Shown here in pieces: positions 29,405 through 38,427 of a DNA stretch of 64,000 nucleotides. The DNA is taken from the NCBI GenBank assembly GCA_977020255.1, contig CDROCS010002105.1:496001-560000 (forward strand), written 5' to 3'. Under the pieces are notes generated by a model, which worked only from the letters and a program-made list of their open reading frames with translations, was not told where the DNA came from and ran no database searches. This DNA comes from Obrimoposthia wandeli. Its lineage: Eukaryota. Each line of letters opens with the position of its first letter. The stretch's first letter is position 1. Made by a program: the position numbers and the translations under genes.

Positions 29405-29974
29405 ATGCCATTCATTTCCGAACGCATGACAAGGCTCACTCGTATCGATAACGAATTAACCCACGAGATAAAAAAATGGCGATACTATCCCGTAGTGAAA
29501 GCAATTCAAGCTATGCGCGGCATCCGATTACTGGTTGCCGCGGGAGTCATTGCTGAACTCGGGGATCTCAATCGATTCGACCATCCAAGTAAGCTTATGA
29601 GCTATTTGGGACTAGTACCCAGAGAACACTCCAGTGGTAACTCTCGGCGGCTAGGCGCTATCACTAGGTGTGGTAACCACCGAGCACGACGTTTATTAGT
29701 TGAAGGGGCACACAGTTACCGGCATCCCGCTAAGATTTCCGCTGAAATGCAGCAAAGACAAGAAGGTCTGAGTAAAGACATCATAGAAATTGCTTGGAAA
29801 GCACAATTAAGATTGTGCCGACGATACCAACGATTACTTCAACGAGGGAAACATCGTAACTTGATAGTCACGGCCATTGCCCGAGAAATGATTGCATTCA
29901 TTTGGTCGATTACACATGAAGTTGTCTTATCCCCCGTCGATCTTAAACAACGATTAGTGAGAATACCGAAATGA
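29405..29974 (+). pseudogene. IS110-family recombinase, C-terminal half only
   Basis: AMRGI...VIAELGDLNRF..PSKLMSYLGLVPREHSSG (catalytic Ser)...ITRCGN..ARRLLVEGA..AIAREM; N-terminal DEDD RuvC domain absent. Confidence 0.9.
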
Positions 29975-30275
29975 CAAAATTTGAGTTGGCGTATCAGGTC
30001 AAGCCACGATTAGTGGTGCAAACTCCGATAGACGTTGGCTGGCTGTTACGATAAGTAATAGATCCACGAGCATAGACTGAAGACCGGCACCACGACGTAA
30101 TAAGTAAGGTAGGCAAGGCTGATTAAACCAATCAGTAACCCTCGAATACCTGCATGTTAATCGTCGAAAGTTACAGGCTTCATCTAATGCGTCAGCTCAT
30201 CTCTCACAGATATCATGGCTCTGGCTTTGCTTGAGTTAGATTTTCTACACGCTGCTTGACATGGGGAGTCATACC
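29413..30275 (+). mobile_element. 5'-truncated IS110 element with intact right end abutting an attC site
   Basis: Recombinase fragment, ~300-nt 3' non-coding region, then right end CTTGACATGGGGAGTCATACC (TTGACA at 30256-61) directly followed by AAC of attC. Confidence 0.75.
29975..30275 (+). ncRNA. Candidate IS110 bridge/seek RNA
   Basis: Non-coding and stem-rich (GTGGTGC 30013-19 pairs with GCACCAC 30087-93); TAGACGTTGG (30029-38) is the exact reverse complement of the insertion junction 30274-83. Confidence 0.55.
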
Positions 30276-30375
30276 AACGTCTAACATAAGTTGCACCACG
30301 GCTAACTCACCAAGTACACCGAACTCCACACCAACACTGCGGAGTAAAGCGTGTCAACTTGATGTTTTTATAAGT
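30272..30375 (-). other. attC-like integron recombination site of the GNAT cassette (R'' lacks AAC)
   Basis: Top (minus) strand CTTAT^AAAAAC-ATCAAGTTG...CAACTTAT-GTTAGAC-GTT; extra C in L''; 7-nt L'-R' spacer. Confidence 0.75.
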
Positions 30376-30394
30376 ACATTAACCTGCTGAATTA

Positions 30395-30811
30395 TTAGCC
30401 TTTTAATTGTTCGATCTTCGGTAAAACCCATGCACTATTATGAGCTTCAAATCCAATTTTTGGATAATAATCTACTGCTTGAGGCGCTGCCAATAAAATC
30501 AACTTACAGTTAGTATGTAGCTGTTCTTTCGATACTTTGATTAACTGCTTGCCGATACCTGAAGCTTGAATACTTTCATCAACCGCAAGGTCTGATAAAT
30601 AACAGCAAAAATGAAAATCAGTAACTGATCGAGCAATTCCAACCAATTGCTTGTTAAGCCATGCAGTTACAATCAAATTAGAGTTATCCAACATTCCTTT
30701 AATCATTGATTCATCTTCAATTGGTCTACGAATACCAAGAGACGTTTTCTTAAGTAATTCGATAAACTGCTCAGACGTAACTGATTGATTCACTTTGTAT
30801 TCAATTTCCAT
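30395..30811 (-). CDS. GNAT acetyltransferase, integron cassette type
   Basis: LVGIARSVTDF..CYLSDLAVD...GIGKQL...YYPKIGF; bounded by GTTATAA upstream and attC downstream. Confidence 0.9.
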   Translation of the reverse strand: MEIEYKVNQSVTSEQFIELLKKTSLGIRRPIEDESMIKGMLDNSNLIVTAWLNKQLVGIARSVTDFHFCCYLSDLAVDESIQASGIGKQLIKVSKEQLHTNCKLILLAAPQAVDYYPKIGFEAHNSAWVLPKIEQLKG

Positions 30812-30840
30812 TTAAAGATACCTACTTACTTATTTTTTGT

Positions 30841-30964
30841 TTATAACGCCAGCCATAATACACCACAACGTATTACTATAATGTTGATATAACCACCAAA
30901 AACACCAATGCTAATTTATACCTAGAATGCCGAGCGTTGATGGTCGTTTGATGGCCTTATAGTG
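30841..30964 (-). other. attC-like site, 124 bp (R'' lacks AAC)
   Basis: Top (minus) strand CACTAT^AAGGCC-ATCAAACGACCA...TGGTGTATTAT-GGCTGGC-GTTATAA; length typical of Vibrionaceae cassette repeats. Confidence 0.72.
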
Positions 30965-30969
30965 ATATT

Positions 30970-31236
30970 TTAACCAAGAATATCAGCCTGTTTTTGGAAC
31001 AATTTTAAGTCCTCAATTTTTCTACTTTTTGCTGCTGTAAACCATTGAACTCCAGTGTCATCTGCATGATCAAACTCTATGCGAAACTCATATTTACTAC
31101 TTACTAAAAAGGCCAAAACCATCCCTATTAAAGAACCGACAACAGGAAGACATGTAGAAAAAGCCAACCCATATTCTTGATTCTCAGAAGGTAAAAATAT
31201 GAACAGCAAACTTGAACTCACAACCCCCAGTATCAC
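30970..31236 (-). CDS. Small membrane hypothetical protein (cassette-like, possibly 5'-truncated)
   Basis: 88 aa, two hydrophobic segments, AAGGAG before GTG; stop 6 nt from attC. Confidence 0.55.
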   Translation of the reverse strand: MILGVVSSSLLFIFLPSENQEYGLAFSTCLPVVGSLIGMVLAFLVSSKYEFRIEFDHADDTGVQWFTAAKSRKIEDLKLFQKQADILG

Positions 31237-31260
31237 CGCGATCTCCTTTTTATTATCGAC

Positions 31261-32199
31261 TTAATCTATGTTGCCATTGATATGCGGATTATTTTTAATG
31301 AGGTTTTTGAATTGCTCTAACAGTGCAATGCTTTGTTTGTTTTGTAATCTATCTTTATGTAGGTATGCTCCAATAGTCGCCTTACTAAAACATTCTTGCA
31401 TTTGAAGCGGCACAATATCAAAGGTACTAAAGTAAGATCTCATTCCTATCGGGTAAGGTAAAATTGCGTCGCTGTTTTGTAACAAATCAATTGCTGTTAA
31501 TAGTGAATTGGTATTATAGATAACCTTTTCTTGCAAATAGTGACGTTTTTGAAAAGACGTTAATTTTTCGTTTTGTTGTTGAACTAAATGTGAAAAACGT
31601 TTTTTTGACGCGCCTAAATCGACAGAAGGAAAGCGTGCGATATCTTCATTACTGCAAGTGATCTCAAGTAGAGGATGCCCTTTTCTGACATAGACTTCTT
31701 CGCAACTGCTAAATAGGGGATGGAACAGTATGCCTTCGTATTGCGCTAGGCCGAGTATCTCATGCCCAACAAAGATGCTAATTTCATCACTTAATAATAA
31801 ATTCATCAGCTGTAAGTGATTGCCAACATCGATAGATATATTGCTGTGAGGGTAAGTATCACGAAAGTCTTGAACGCTGTCTCGAATAAAAAGATGCCAC
31901 CAAGCATCACCACAACCAATCTTAAGTTCAGTTTGATGCCTCAGTTTATTCTTCTCTAATTTATTGAGGGTATTCTCGTACAGGTTTTGCATCATTTTCG
32001 CTTGTTCATAAAGAAGCTCTCCGCTAGAAGTAAGCGTGATTCCTTTTGAGTTACGATTAAACAATTTACTGCCAAGCTTTTCTTCTAACTTCTGCATGTT
32101 ATGGCTTAACGTCGGTTGACTTAAGCTGAGGTTGTTAGCAGCTTGGGTGACGTTCTGAGTCTTAGCTACTTGAATGAATTGGATCATTAACTTAAACAT
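31261..32199 (-). CDS. LysR-family transcriptional regulator
   Basis: NVTQAANNLSLSQPTLSHNMQKLEEKLGSKLFNRNSKGITLTSSG. Confidence 0.93.
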   Translation of the reverse strand: MFKLMIQFIQVAKTQNVTQAANNLSLSQPTLSHNMQKLEEKLGSKLFNRNSKGITLTSSGELLYEQAKMMQNLYENTLNKLEKNKLRHQTELKIGCGDAWWHLFIRDSVQDFRDTYPHSNISIDVGNHLQLMNLLLSDEISIFVGHEILGLAQYEGILFHPLFSSCEEVYVRKGHPLLEITCSNEDIARFPSVDLGASKKRFSHLVQQQNEKLTSFQKRHYLQEKVIYNTNSLLTAIDLLQNSDAILPYPIGMRSYFSTFDIVPLQMQECFSKATIGAYLHKDRLQNKQSIALLEQFKNLIKNNPHINGNID

Positions 32200-32231
32200 A
32201 ATAGCTCTTTGCTTCGACAGAAAGAGCTATT
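32200..32231. other. Hairpin abutting the LysR start codon
   Basis: AATAGCTCTTT-10 nt-AAAGAGCTATT, 11-bp stem ending at the ATG (32199). Confidence 0.6.
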
Positions 32232-32262
32232 TTATGATGCTTATTTGTATATATCTATCTAT

Positions 32263-34110
32263 CTATCGATTTTGATACATAGCGAAGCCAAATGGTGCCA
32301 ATGTTAGTGTTTTTGTTAATTGGCAAGGCGTTTCGTGATAAATATCAATGACATTATGGTCAGAAAGTGAACTAGGAAGCTTCACTTCAGCGGTTTTATC
32401 GCTGTTATTAATAAAGACAGTAATGCATTCTTCATGATTCTCTTTTTGATAGATTAAGCATTGTTGCTCATCGTCTGTCATTAGCCACTTCATCTTATGA
32501 GCTCGAAGTGCTGGATGATGCTTTCGTAATTTAATGATCTGCATAATATGTTGTTTCATATTGAGATCATGTTTACTTTCATCCCAAACCATACATTTAC
32601 GGTTTAGTGGGTCTGTACCACCATCTAATCCAATCTCGCCACCATAGTAAATACACGGGGTTCCGCTGTGAGTAAATTGGAATAAATAAGCCAATTTTGC
32701 TTTTTCTTTGTTTCCTGAACATTGATGAATAATACGAGCGGTATCATGGCTATCTAACAGTGAAAACGCCACTTCATTTACTGTAATTGGGTAGCTTACA
32801 TTGACATCATTCACCGCGTATTTAAATTGCTTTGCGCTAAGTGTATCGTTAGCGAAAAACCCGAGAATAGCATCTGTAAGTGGGTAGTTCATTACCGCAT
32901 CAAATTGATCGCCACCTAGCCAGTTCATGGAGTCGTGCCATACTTCACCTAAAATATAGATTTCAGGTTTAATGGCTTTTAACTCATCACGGAAGCGTCG
33001 CCAGAAGCGTTGGTCGACTTCGTTAGCGACATCTAAACGCCACGCATCGATATCAAAATTACGCACCCAGTAACGGCCAACTTCAATCAGGAATTCCATC
33101 ACTTCTGGATTTTCAGTGTTGAGTTTTGGCATGTTTTGCGCAAAAGCAAAAGCACGGTAATTGAGTTTTTCTTTGCTGTGACGATCTTTTTTAGATTCAT
33201 CAATCAAAGGGAACTGCTCAACATAAAACCAATCAATGTATTTTGAATCTTTGCCATGCTTAATGACGTCTTGCCACTGTACCGAGTTAGCGCCGATGTG
33301 ATTAAACACCGCGTCTAACATGATTTTCATGCCGCGTTTATGCGCTTCGTGAATCAATGTTTTTACTGTTTCGTCATCACCAAAAGCAGGGTCTACTTTT
33401 AAATAATTTGTGGTGTCGTATTTGTGGTTGGTTTCACCTTGGCTAATTGGGGTGAAATACAGACCTGTAATACCGAGATCTTGTAGGTAATCAAGATGGT
33501 CAATAACCCCTTGTAAGTCTCCACCAAAGAAACTGTTGCTTTTAGGGTCTTCTGAGCCCCAAGGGAGTGCATTTTTAGGTGAGATTGACGGGTCACCATT
33601 GGCAAAACGTTCAGGGAATATTTGATACCAAATGGTTTCTTTAACCCAACTAGGAGCATTAAATACATCCGTTGGGTTCATATAAGGGAAGCAATAAAAG
33701 TTCAGTAATTGACTGAGTGCAGGATCCGCATCATCTGTTATTGTTGTGATTTGTTTTTCGCCTGCCAGTAAACGTTCGTTATCTTTACCTTCAAGAATAA
33801 ACGCGTAACGTGCGCGATAAAATTGCGGCTGTGCCTCACAGAACCAGTAATCAAACAGTTCAGTTTCACACTCTTTTTCCATAGAAATATTGGTGCCACC
33901 AGTCCAACCGCTAGCATCTTCTGCATTTAAGTTACCGCCACCACCGCCAACCGACCAATCGTAAGGGTCACCAATTCTTAGCGTCGCGTTATTGACTTCT
34001 CCTTTTGCGGTACGAATTCGCAGATGAAGGGTGTTCTTGTCGTATGCATAAGAATAGCTAGAGTGAGAGCGATGATAAATCGCAGCTTTTGTAATCATGT
34101 TAGATACCAT
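32263..34110 (-). CDS. Cyclomaltodextrinase/neopullulanase (GH13_20)
   Basis: N-domain AIYHR..LHLRIRTAK, WYQIFPERFANGD, DAVFNH, AWRLDVANE, ILGEVW, LDSHD; likely start 34098. Confidence 0.93.
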   Translation of the reverse strand: MVSNMITKAAIYHRSHSSYSYAYDKNTLHLRIRTAKGEVNNATLRIGDPYDWSVGGGGGNLNAEDASGWTGGTNISMEKECETELFDYWFCEAQPQFYRARYAFILEGKDNERLLAGEKQITTITDDADPALSQLLNFYCFPYMNPTDVFNAPSWVKETIWYQIFPERFANGDPSISPKNALPWGSEDPKSNSFFGGDLQGVIDHLDYLQDLGITGLYFTPISQGETNHKYDTTNYLKVDPAFGDDETVKTLIHEAHKRGMKIMLDAVFNHIGANSVQWQDVIKHGKDSKYIDWFYVEQFPLIDESKKDRHSKEKLNYRAFAFAQNMPKLNTENPEVMEFLIEVGRYWVRNFDIDAWRLDVANEVDQRFWRRFRDELKAIKPEIYILGEVWHDSMNWLGGDQFDAVMNYPLTDAILGFFANDTLSAKQFKYAVNDVNVSYPITVNEVAFSLLDSHDTARIIHQCSGNKEKAKLAYLFQFTHSGTPCIYYGGEIGLDGGTDPLNRKCMVWDESKHDLNMKQHIMQIIKLRKHHPALRAHKMKWLMTDDEQQCLIYQKENHEECITVFINNSDKTAEVKLPSSLSDHNVIDIYHETPCQLTKTLTLAPFGFAMYQNR

Positions 34111-34118
34111 TTAATAAG

Positions 34119-34161
34119 ATACCAACTTAAATAATGATCAAGTACTCATCTAAGTTGGTAT
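34119..34161. promoter_or_regulatory. Inverted repeat upstream of the cyclodextrinase gene
   Basis: ATACCAACTTA-21 nt-TAAGTTGGTAT. Confidence 0.45.
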
Positions 34162-34232
34162 AAATTTGCTTTAGAAAGAGAGATTTTCATGTGAACTTTA
34201 TGAAGGACATATCAAAAATTCATCTAATATTT

Positions 34233-34904
34233 CTAGCTTTTAATTTCGTTATAAACGAGTAAGAGTTTTTGCACTTCACCTTGTGTATACGCGAGATCTT
34301 GGCTCTCTTCGTATCCCCAAAGAGGGGTGATTTCAAAGGCGTCTTTGGTTGGCATTACCTTAATCGCTACAATACGTTCTTGCTCGCTATCTGAGATAAA
34401 AAAGAGATACGGCTGAGGTTGTTTAAGCAGTGCGTTGTATTGCGATGGTGTGGTGTAGACAGCATTCACCGCCTTTACGTCTTTAGAACCATAAAAGCGT
34501 TGAGCTTCGGCTAATACCGGTATCGCCATCTCTTGCAGTTGCTCATAACTGCTTTCTACATGAAATGATCCACAATCATTTGGGATCTGATCACGCAGTG
34601 TGTTGTATTCGGTATGGATAGTTTCTAATGGAAGCGTTAAATAGCTTTTCTCAAAACTCTCAGCCAAGAGAAATAGCTCATCATTATTGACGCATTGCGT
34701 AAAGTTACTTTGTTGCTCAGTAAACGTTGAATACTCAAAAGATGGTTTGGGAAGGGTGCTATACGCAATGATAAATCCAGTGATGAAAATGACGACAGCG
34801 ACGGCAATATGAAACATATAGTCGTGAATGCGTTGAAGTTGGCCGCGAAAATTCAAAGTGTGACTCCTTTCCATTAACTGTCTGGAATAGATTGTGCTCT
34901 TCAC
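34233..34904 (-). CDS. Hypothetical single-TM periplasmic protein in the maltodextrin operon
   Basis: One hydrophobic segment and two Cys; the GTG start lies inside a hairpin, so ATG 34874 is more likely. Confidence 0.7.
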   Translation of the reverse strand: MKSTIYSRQLMERSHTLNFRGQLQRIHDYMFHIAVAVVIFITGFIIAYSTLPKPSFEYSTFTEQQSNFTQCVNNDELFLLAESFEKSYLTLPLETIHTEYNTLRDQIPNDCGSFHVESSYEQLQEMAIPVLAEAQRFYGSKDVKAVNAVYTTPSQYNALLKQPQPYLFFISDSEQERIVAIKVMPTKDAFEITPLWGYEESQDLAYTQGEVQKLLLVYNEIKS

Positions 34905-34933
34905 TGCCCTCTTATCGTAAGAGGGCAGTGAAG
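34899..34933. other. Perfect 16-bp intercistronic hairpin
   Basis: CTTCACTGCCCTCTTA-TCG-TAAGAGGGCAGTGAAG; no U-tract in the operon direction. Confidence 0.75.
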
Positions 34934-34963
34934 TACCTTATTTAAGGTATGTGTATGATGTAA

Positions 34964-36100
34964 TTATTTTTTAAATTCAGCCGATTTTATTGAATACTTG
35001 ATTGATTCTTCGGTTTTGGTATCAAAAAAATGCAGCTTGGTATTGTCGATAACTAAGGTGATTTTTTCATCAATCGCTACATCGGGTTCGCCTGTTCCCA
35101 ATGTGCCAACAAATAGGTTCATTGGTGCGGCATTGAAAAACACATTGATAGCATCGCCTAAGTATTCACTGTTCATTGCTGTGACTTCAAAGCAGCAATC
35201 AGGGAAAGCATCGCGATATTTTTTACCCGAGCGAATCGCACTAGAACGCGCACCTAAAGTGATGGATCTACCATTGTAGCCAGCGTTATTGAGGATTTTT
35301 TGGTCACTCTCATTTAAGGTAATGGTAAAAGAGTGGCAAGTGAATTGGCCGCCTTCGTATGTTCCTTCAATCAGGTTCATTGATGGCATACCCATAAACG
35401 TGGCAACAAAACAGTTTTTAGGGTTGGTAAATAATTCTTTTGGTGACCCTATTTGCTGCACTTCACCCATCGACATCAATACAATACGATCGGCCATGGT
35501 CATTGCTTCGACTTGGTCGTGCGTTACGTAAATGGTGATCGCACCTTTGTTTTTGTGCATACGAGAGATTTCAGTACGAGTTGTGGTACGTAATTTCGCA
35601 TCTAAGTTACTTAATGGTTCATCCATCAAATACAATTTTGGCGTACGAACCATTGCACGCCCGAGTGCCACACGTTGACGCTGCCCACCAGAGAGTTCTT
35701 TCGGTTTACGCTCAAGGTATTCGGTTAAGAAAAGATCTTCAGAGATATTATTAACTGACTCTTTAATCTCACCGCTTGGGTAATTACGCAGCTTTAAGCC
35801 ATAACCAATGTTGTCACGAACTGACATGTGTGGGTAAAGGGCATAGCTCTGGAAAACCATCGCAATATCACGGTCTTTTGAACTGACGTCATTCACGACT
35901 TCGCCATCAATAAGGAACTCGCCATCGGTGATGTCTTCTAAGCCTGCAATCATGCGTAAAGTGGTGGATTTGCCACAGCCAGATGGGCCGACAAGGACAA
36001 TAAATTCCCCATCTTCAATGTCTAAATTGAAATCACGTACCGAGCACGTATCAGAATTCGGGTATTTTTTGTTGATGTTTCTTAATGAAATCTTGCTCAT
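34964..36100 (-). CDS. Sugar ABC transporter ATPase (MalK/MsmX type)
   Basis: [43 protein letters not shown]. Confidence 0.95.
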   Translation of the reverse strand: MSKISLRNINKKYPNSDTCSVRDFNLDIEDGEFIVLVGPSGCGKSTTLRMIAGLEDITDGEFLIDGEVVNDVSSKDRDIAMVFQSYALYPHMSVRDNIGYGLKLRNYPSGEIKESVNNISEDLFLTEYLERKPKELSGGQRQRVALGRAMVRTPKLYLMDEPLSNLDAKLRTTTRTEISRMHKNKGAITIYVTHDQVEAMTMADRIVLMSMGEVQQIGSPKELFTNPKNCFVATFMGMPSMNLIEGTYEGGQFTCHSFTITLNESDQKILNNAGYNGRSITLGARSSAIRSGKKYRDAFPDCCFEVTAMNSEYLGDAINVFFNAAPMNLFVGTLGTGEPDVAIDEKITLVIDNTKLHFFDTKTEESIKYSIKSAEFKK

Positions 36101-37014
36101 TAGCCTTTTACTCCACCAGACGTTAAGCCGCCCACGATATAATCTTGAAATTTATAGAACACAATGACAGGTGGAATTGCTGCTAAGACCGCGCCTGCTG
36201 CGAATACGTTATAGCTAGACTCTTTGATGTTGTTGATGAGTCCCATTAGGCCTACGGCCAGTGTTTTCGCTTCTGAATTCATACTGGCGATAAGGAATTT
36301 TGGCATGATGATGTCGCCAATAGGGCCTAAGAAACAGAAGATGGCGATAACCATGATCATTGGCTTAACCAACGGCAGTAATATCTCTTTAAAGATCTGC
36401 ATTTGGGTTGCACCATCAATTTTCGCTGACTCGTCTAACGCACGAGGGATCGAATCGTAATACCCCTTCATTAAAATCGTATTCATTGTGATGCCACCTG
36501 TGGTGTAGATGAGGATCATATAGATATACGTATAAAGCGTGGCATTTGAAGAGCTGTAAATGCCGATAGAGTTTGCAATTGCGTACAGAGCAATTAAGCC
36601 ACTGCCAGAGGGGATAATCTGAATGATTAACAGCGATATCAACGCACTTTTTCTTGATTGATAACGATAACGGGAATAAACAAAGCCAGCAATCGTAACA
36701 ATAAAGGTAGAGAGCACCATGGTGATAACCGACACAAGGAAGGTATTTCGATACCAACTTAAATAAGGTGTTTCAGTAAACAATTGAACAAAGTTTTCCG
36801 TTAAACTGAAATTCTCTGGGAAAAATGAGGTTGAATACAGTGAATTACTCACATTAAACGCGCTCATAAGAGTGACCAGTATCGGATAAACAATCACGAT
36901 CACCATTGAAATAAGAAACGCGTAACTAAAAATCAGTCCTATATTTCTGGTGATGAAATGACGATTTAGGCGTTTCGCTTTGACTGGGCGCTCTAAACGG
37001 ATAGCGTTGTCCAT
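36100..37014 (-). CDS. Maltodextrin ABC permease (MalG type)
   Basis: EAA loop [20 protein letters not shown]; multiple TMs. Confidence 0.92.
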   Translation of the reverse strand: MDNAIRLERPVKAKRLNRHFITRNIGLIFSYAFLISMVIVIVYPILVTLMSAFNVSNSLYSTSFFPENFSLTENFVQLFTETPYLSWYRNTFLVSVITMVLSTFIVTIAGFVYSRYRYQSRKSALISLLIIQIIPSGSGLIALYAIANSIGIYSSSNATLYTYIYMILIYTTGGITMNTILMKGYYDSIPRALDESAKIDGATQMQIFKEILLPLVKPMIMVIAIFCFLGPIGDIIMPKFLIASMNSEAKTLAVGLMGLINNIKESSYNVFAAGAVLAAIPPVIVFYKFQDYIVGGLTSGGVKG

Positions 37015-38312
37015 TACATAACCTCCTCATTTTTAAAGGCACCGGCTTTCAACCATGAATACAAGACAACCGCACCGACAACGGTACTGGTAATTAAGGT
37101 ATACACAGCGGCTTCGTTGTATTTGGCGTCCATCATTAAACGGAAACCAAGGGATGAAATGGTATCGAGTGGTTTATAAATTGACCCCACGGTTTGTACC
37201 GTTGCTTCACCCAGCATATAAACGATGGTGACGTTATTAAAGTTGAAGGTAAATTGAGTAATAAACACGGGAGCGACACTGATTAATATTAAGGGCAAAG
37301 TGATGTCGAAGAAGTTTGTCCATGCATTACCGCCATCAATAGCACTGGCTTCATAAAGATCGTCTGGAATGGTTTGTAATACGCCAGTCACTAAAATAAA
37401 GACGTAAGGAAACCCAAGCCATGCTTGTATTAAAATGATCGTTATCTTAGCGTAATCGGCATTAAGGAAGAAGCCAATTGCGGTACTGACATCGTATTCA
37501 TTACCCGTGAAAAATGGGATTACCATGGTGTTCATTCCGCCAATTTTCGAGAAGAAAAGTTGGAAGACTAAAATGGTTAAGAAAGCAGGAACGGCCCAAG
37601 GCAAGATGTACACGGTGCGGAAGAATTTCTTTCCTCTGATGTGTTTATTGTTGGCTACAACCGCCAGCACAGTGCCTAAAACAATGGTCAGTGCTGAGGC
37701 ACAAAATGTCCATGTTAACGTCCAAGTGAGTGTTTCTTGAAATGCCGCTGCGGTGCGTTCGTTGGTAAATAAACGTTCGAAGTTGGTAAAGCCTTTCCAT
37801 TCAATAAGGAATGCAGGCGGAAGTACAGGGCGTTTGAAGTTAGTAAATGCAACGATAATAGAGACAATTGCAGGTAAAAGAGCAAAAATAAACAATAAAA
37901 TAAATTTAGGTGCAGTGATTAGGTTTGGAACGATTTCGTGTGATAGGCCACGAACTTTCTCGGTAAACGTAATGGCAGAACCAGTTTCTTCTATTTGGCG
38001 TTTTACATCTTTAGCATCACGAGCAAACGCATAGTGAAGGGCTAAAAAAACCAGAATCATCATGGCGCCAACGGTTGAACCTACCATGATTAGAAAAGAA
38101 TCATCAACAAAACGTTCAGCACCTATGGTGATTTTTCCATTAGGTTGCTCGACAGCTAATAGGCGGAAGTTCGGAAGGGTGAATTGAATAAATACCAATA
38201 TCTCTAAAGCCAGTATCGAAAATCCAAACAGGGCTTCTCGCATTCGACGGAGTAGGAGATGTCCACTGCCGGGAATAACTATAGAGAGCCAGAATACAAA
38301 TTGTTGACTCAT
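37014..38312 (-). CDS. Maltodextrin ABC permease (MalF/MalC type)
   Basis: LPWAVPAF, EAA loop LQTIPDDLYEASAIDGG, ITLPL, FNFNN. Confidence 0.92.
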   Translation of the reverse strand: MSQQFVFWLSIVIPGSGHLLLRRMREALFGFSILALEILVFIQFTLPNFRLLAVEQPNGKITIGAERFVDDSFLIMVGSTVGAMMILVFLALHYAFARDAKDVKRQIEETGSAITFTEKVRGLSHEIVPNLITAPKFILLFIFALLPAIVSIIVAFTNFKRPVLPPAFLIEWKGFTNFERLFTNERTAAAFQETLTWTLTWTFCASALTIVLGTVLAVVANNKHIRGKKFFRTVYILPWAVPAFLTILVFQLFFSKIGGMNTMVIPFFTGNEYDVSTAIGFFLNADYAKITIILIQAWLGFPYVFILVTGVLQTIPDDLYEASAIDGGNAWTNFFDITLPLILISVAPVFITQFTFNFNNVTIVYMLGEATVQTVGSIYKPLDTISSLGFRLMMDAKYNEAAVYTLITSTVVGAVVLYSWLKAGAFKNEEVM

Positions 38313-38367
38313 GTAAATAACCTACTTATTTATTAGTGTTGTGTAGATATGTCACGTTATTTGTGTT

Positions 38368-38398
38368 GCACGATGCCTTAGTGTCGCTGGCATCGTGC
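38368..38398. other. Intercistronic hairpin after the binding-protein gene
   Basis: GCACGATGCC-11 nt-GGCATCGTGC. Confidence 0.65.
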
Positions 38399-38427
38399 GG
38401 GTCATAGAAAGGAAGTATTAACGTTGA

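Noticed and set aside
29125-29411. ORFs 29229-29411 (-) and 29125-29379 (+) next to the IS110 break
   Set aside because: Short, mutually overlapping and without motifs; the minus ORF starts at the truncation junction, so it is probably a fragment of an unidentified gene.
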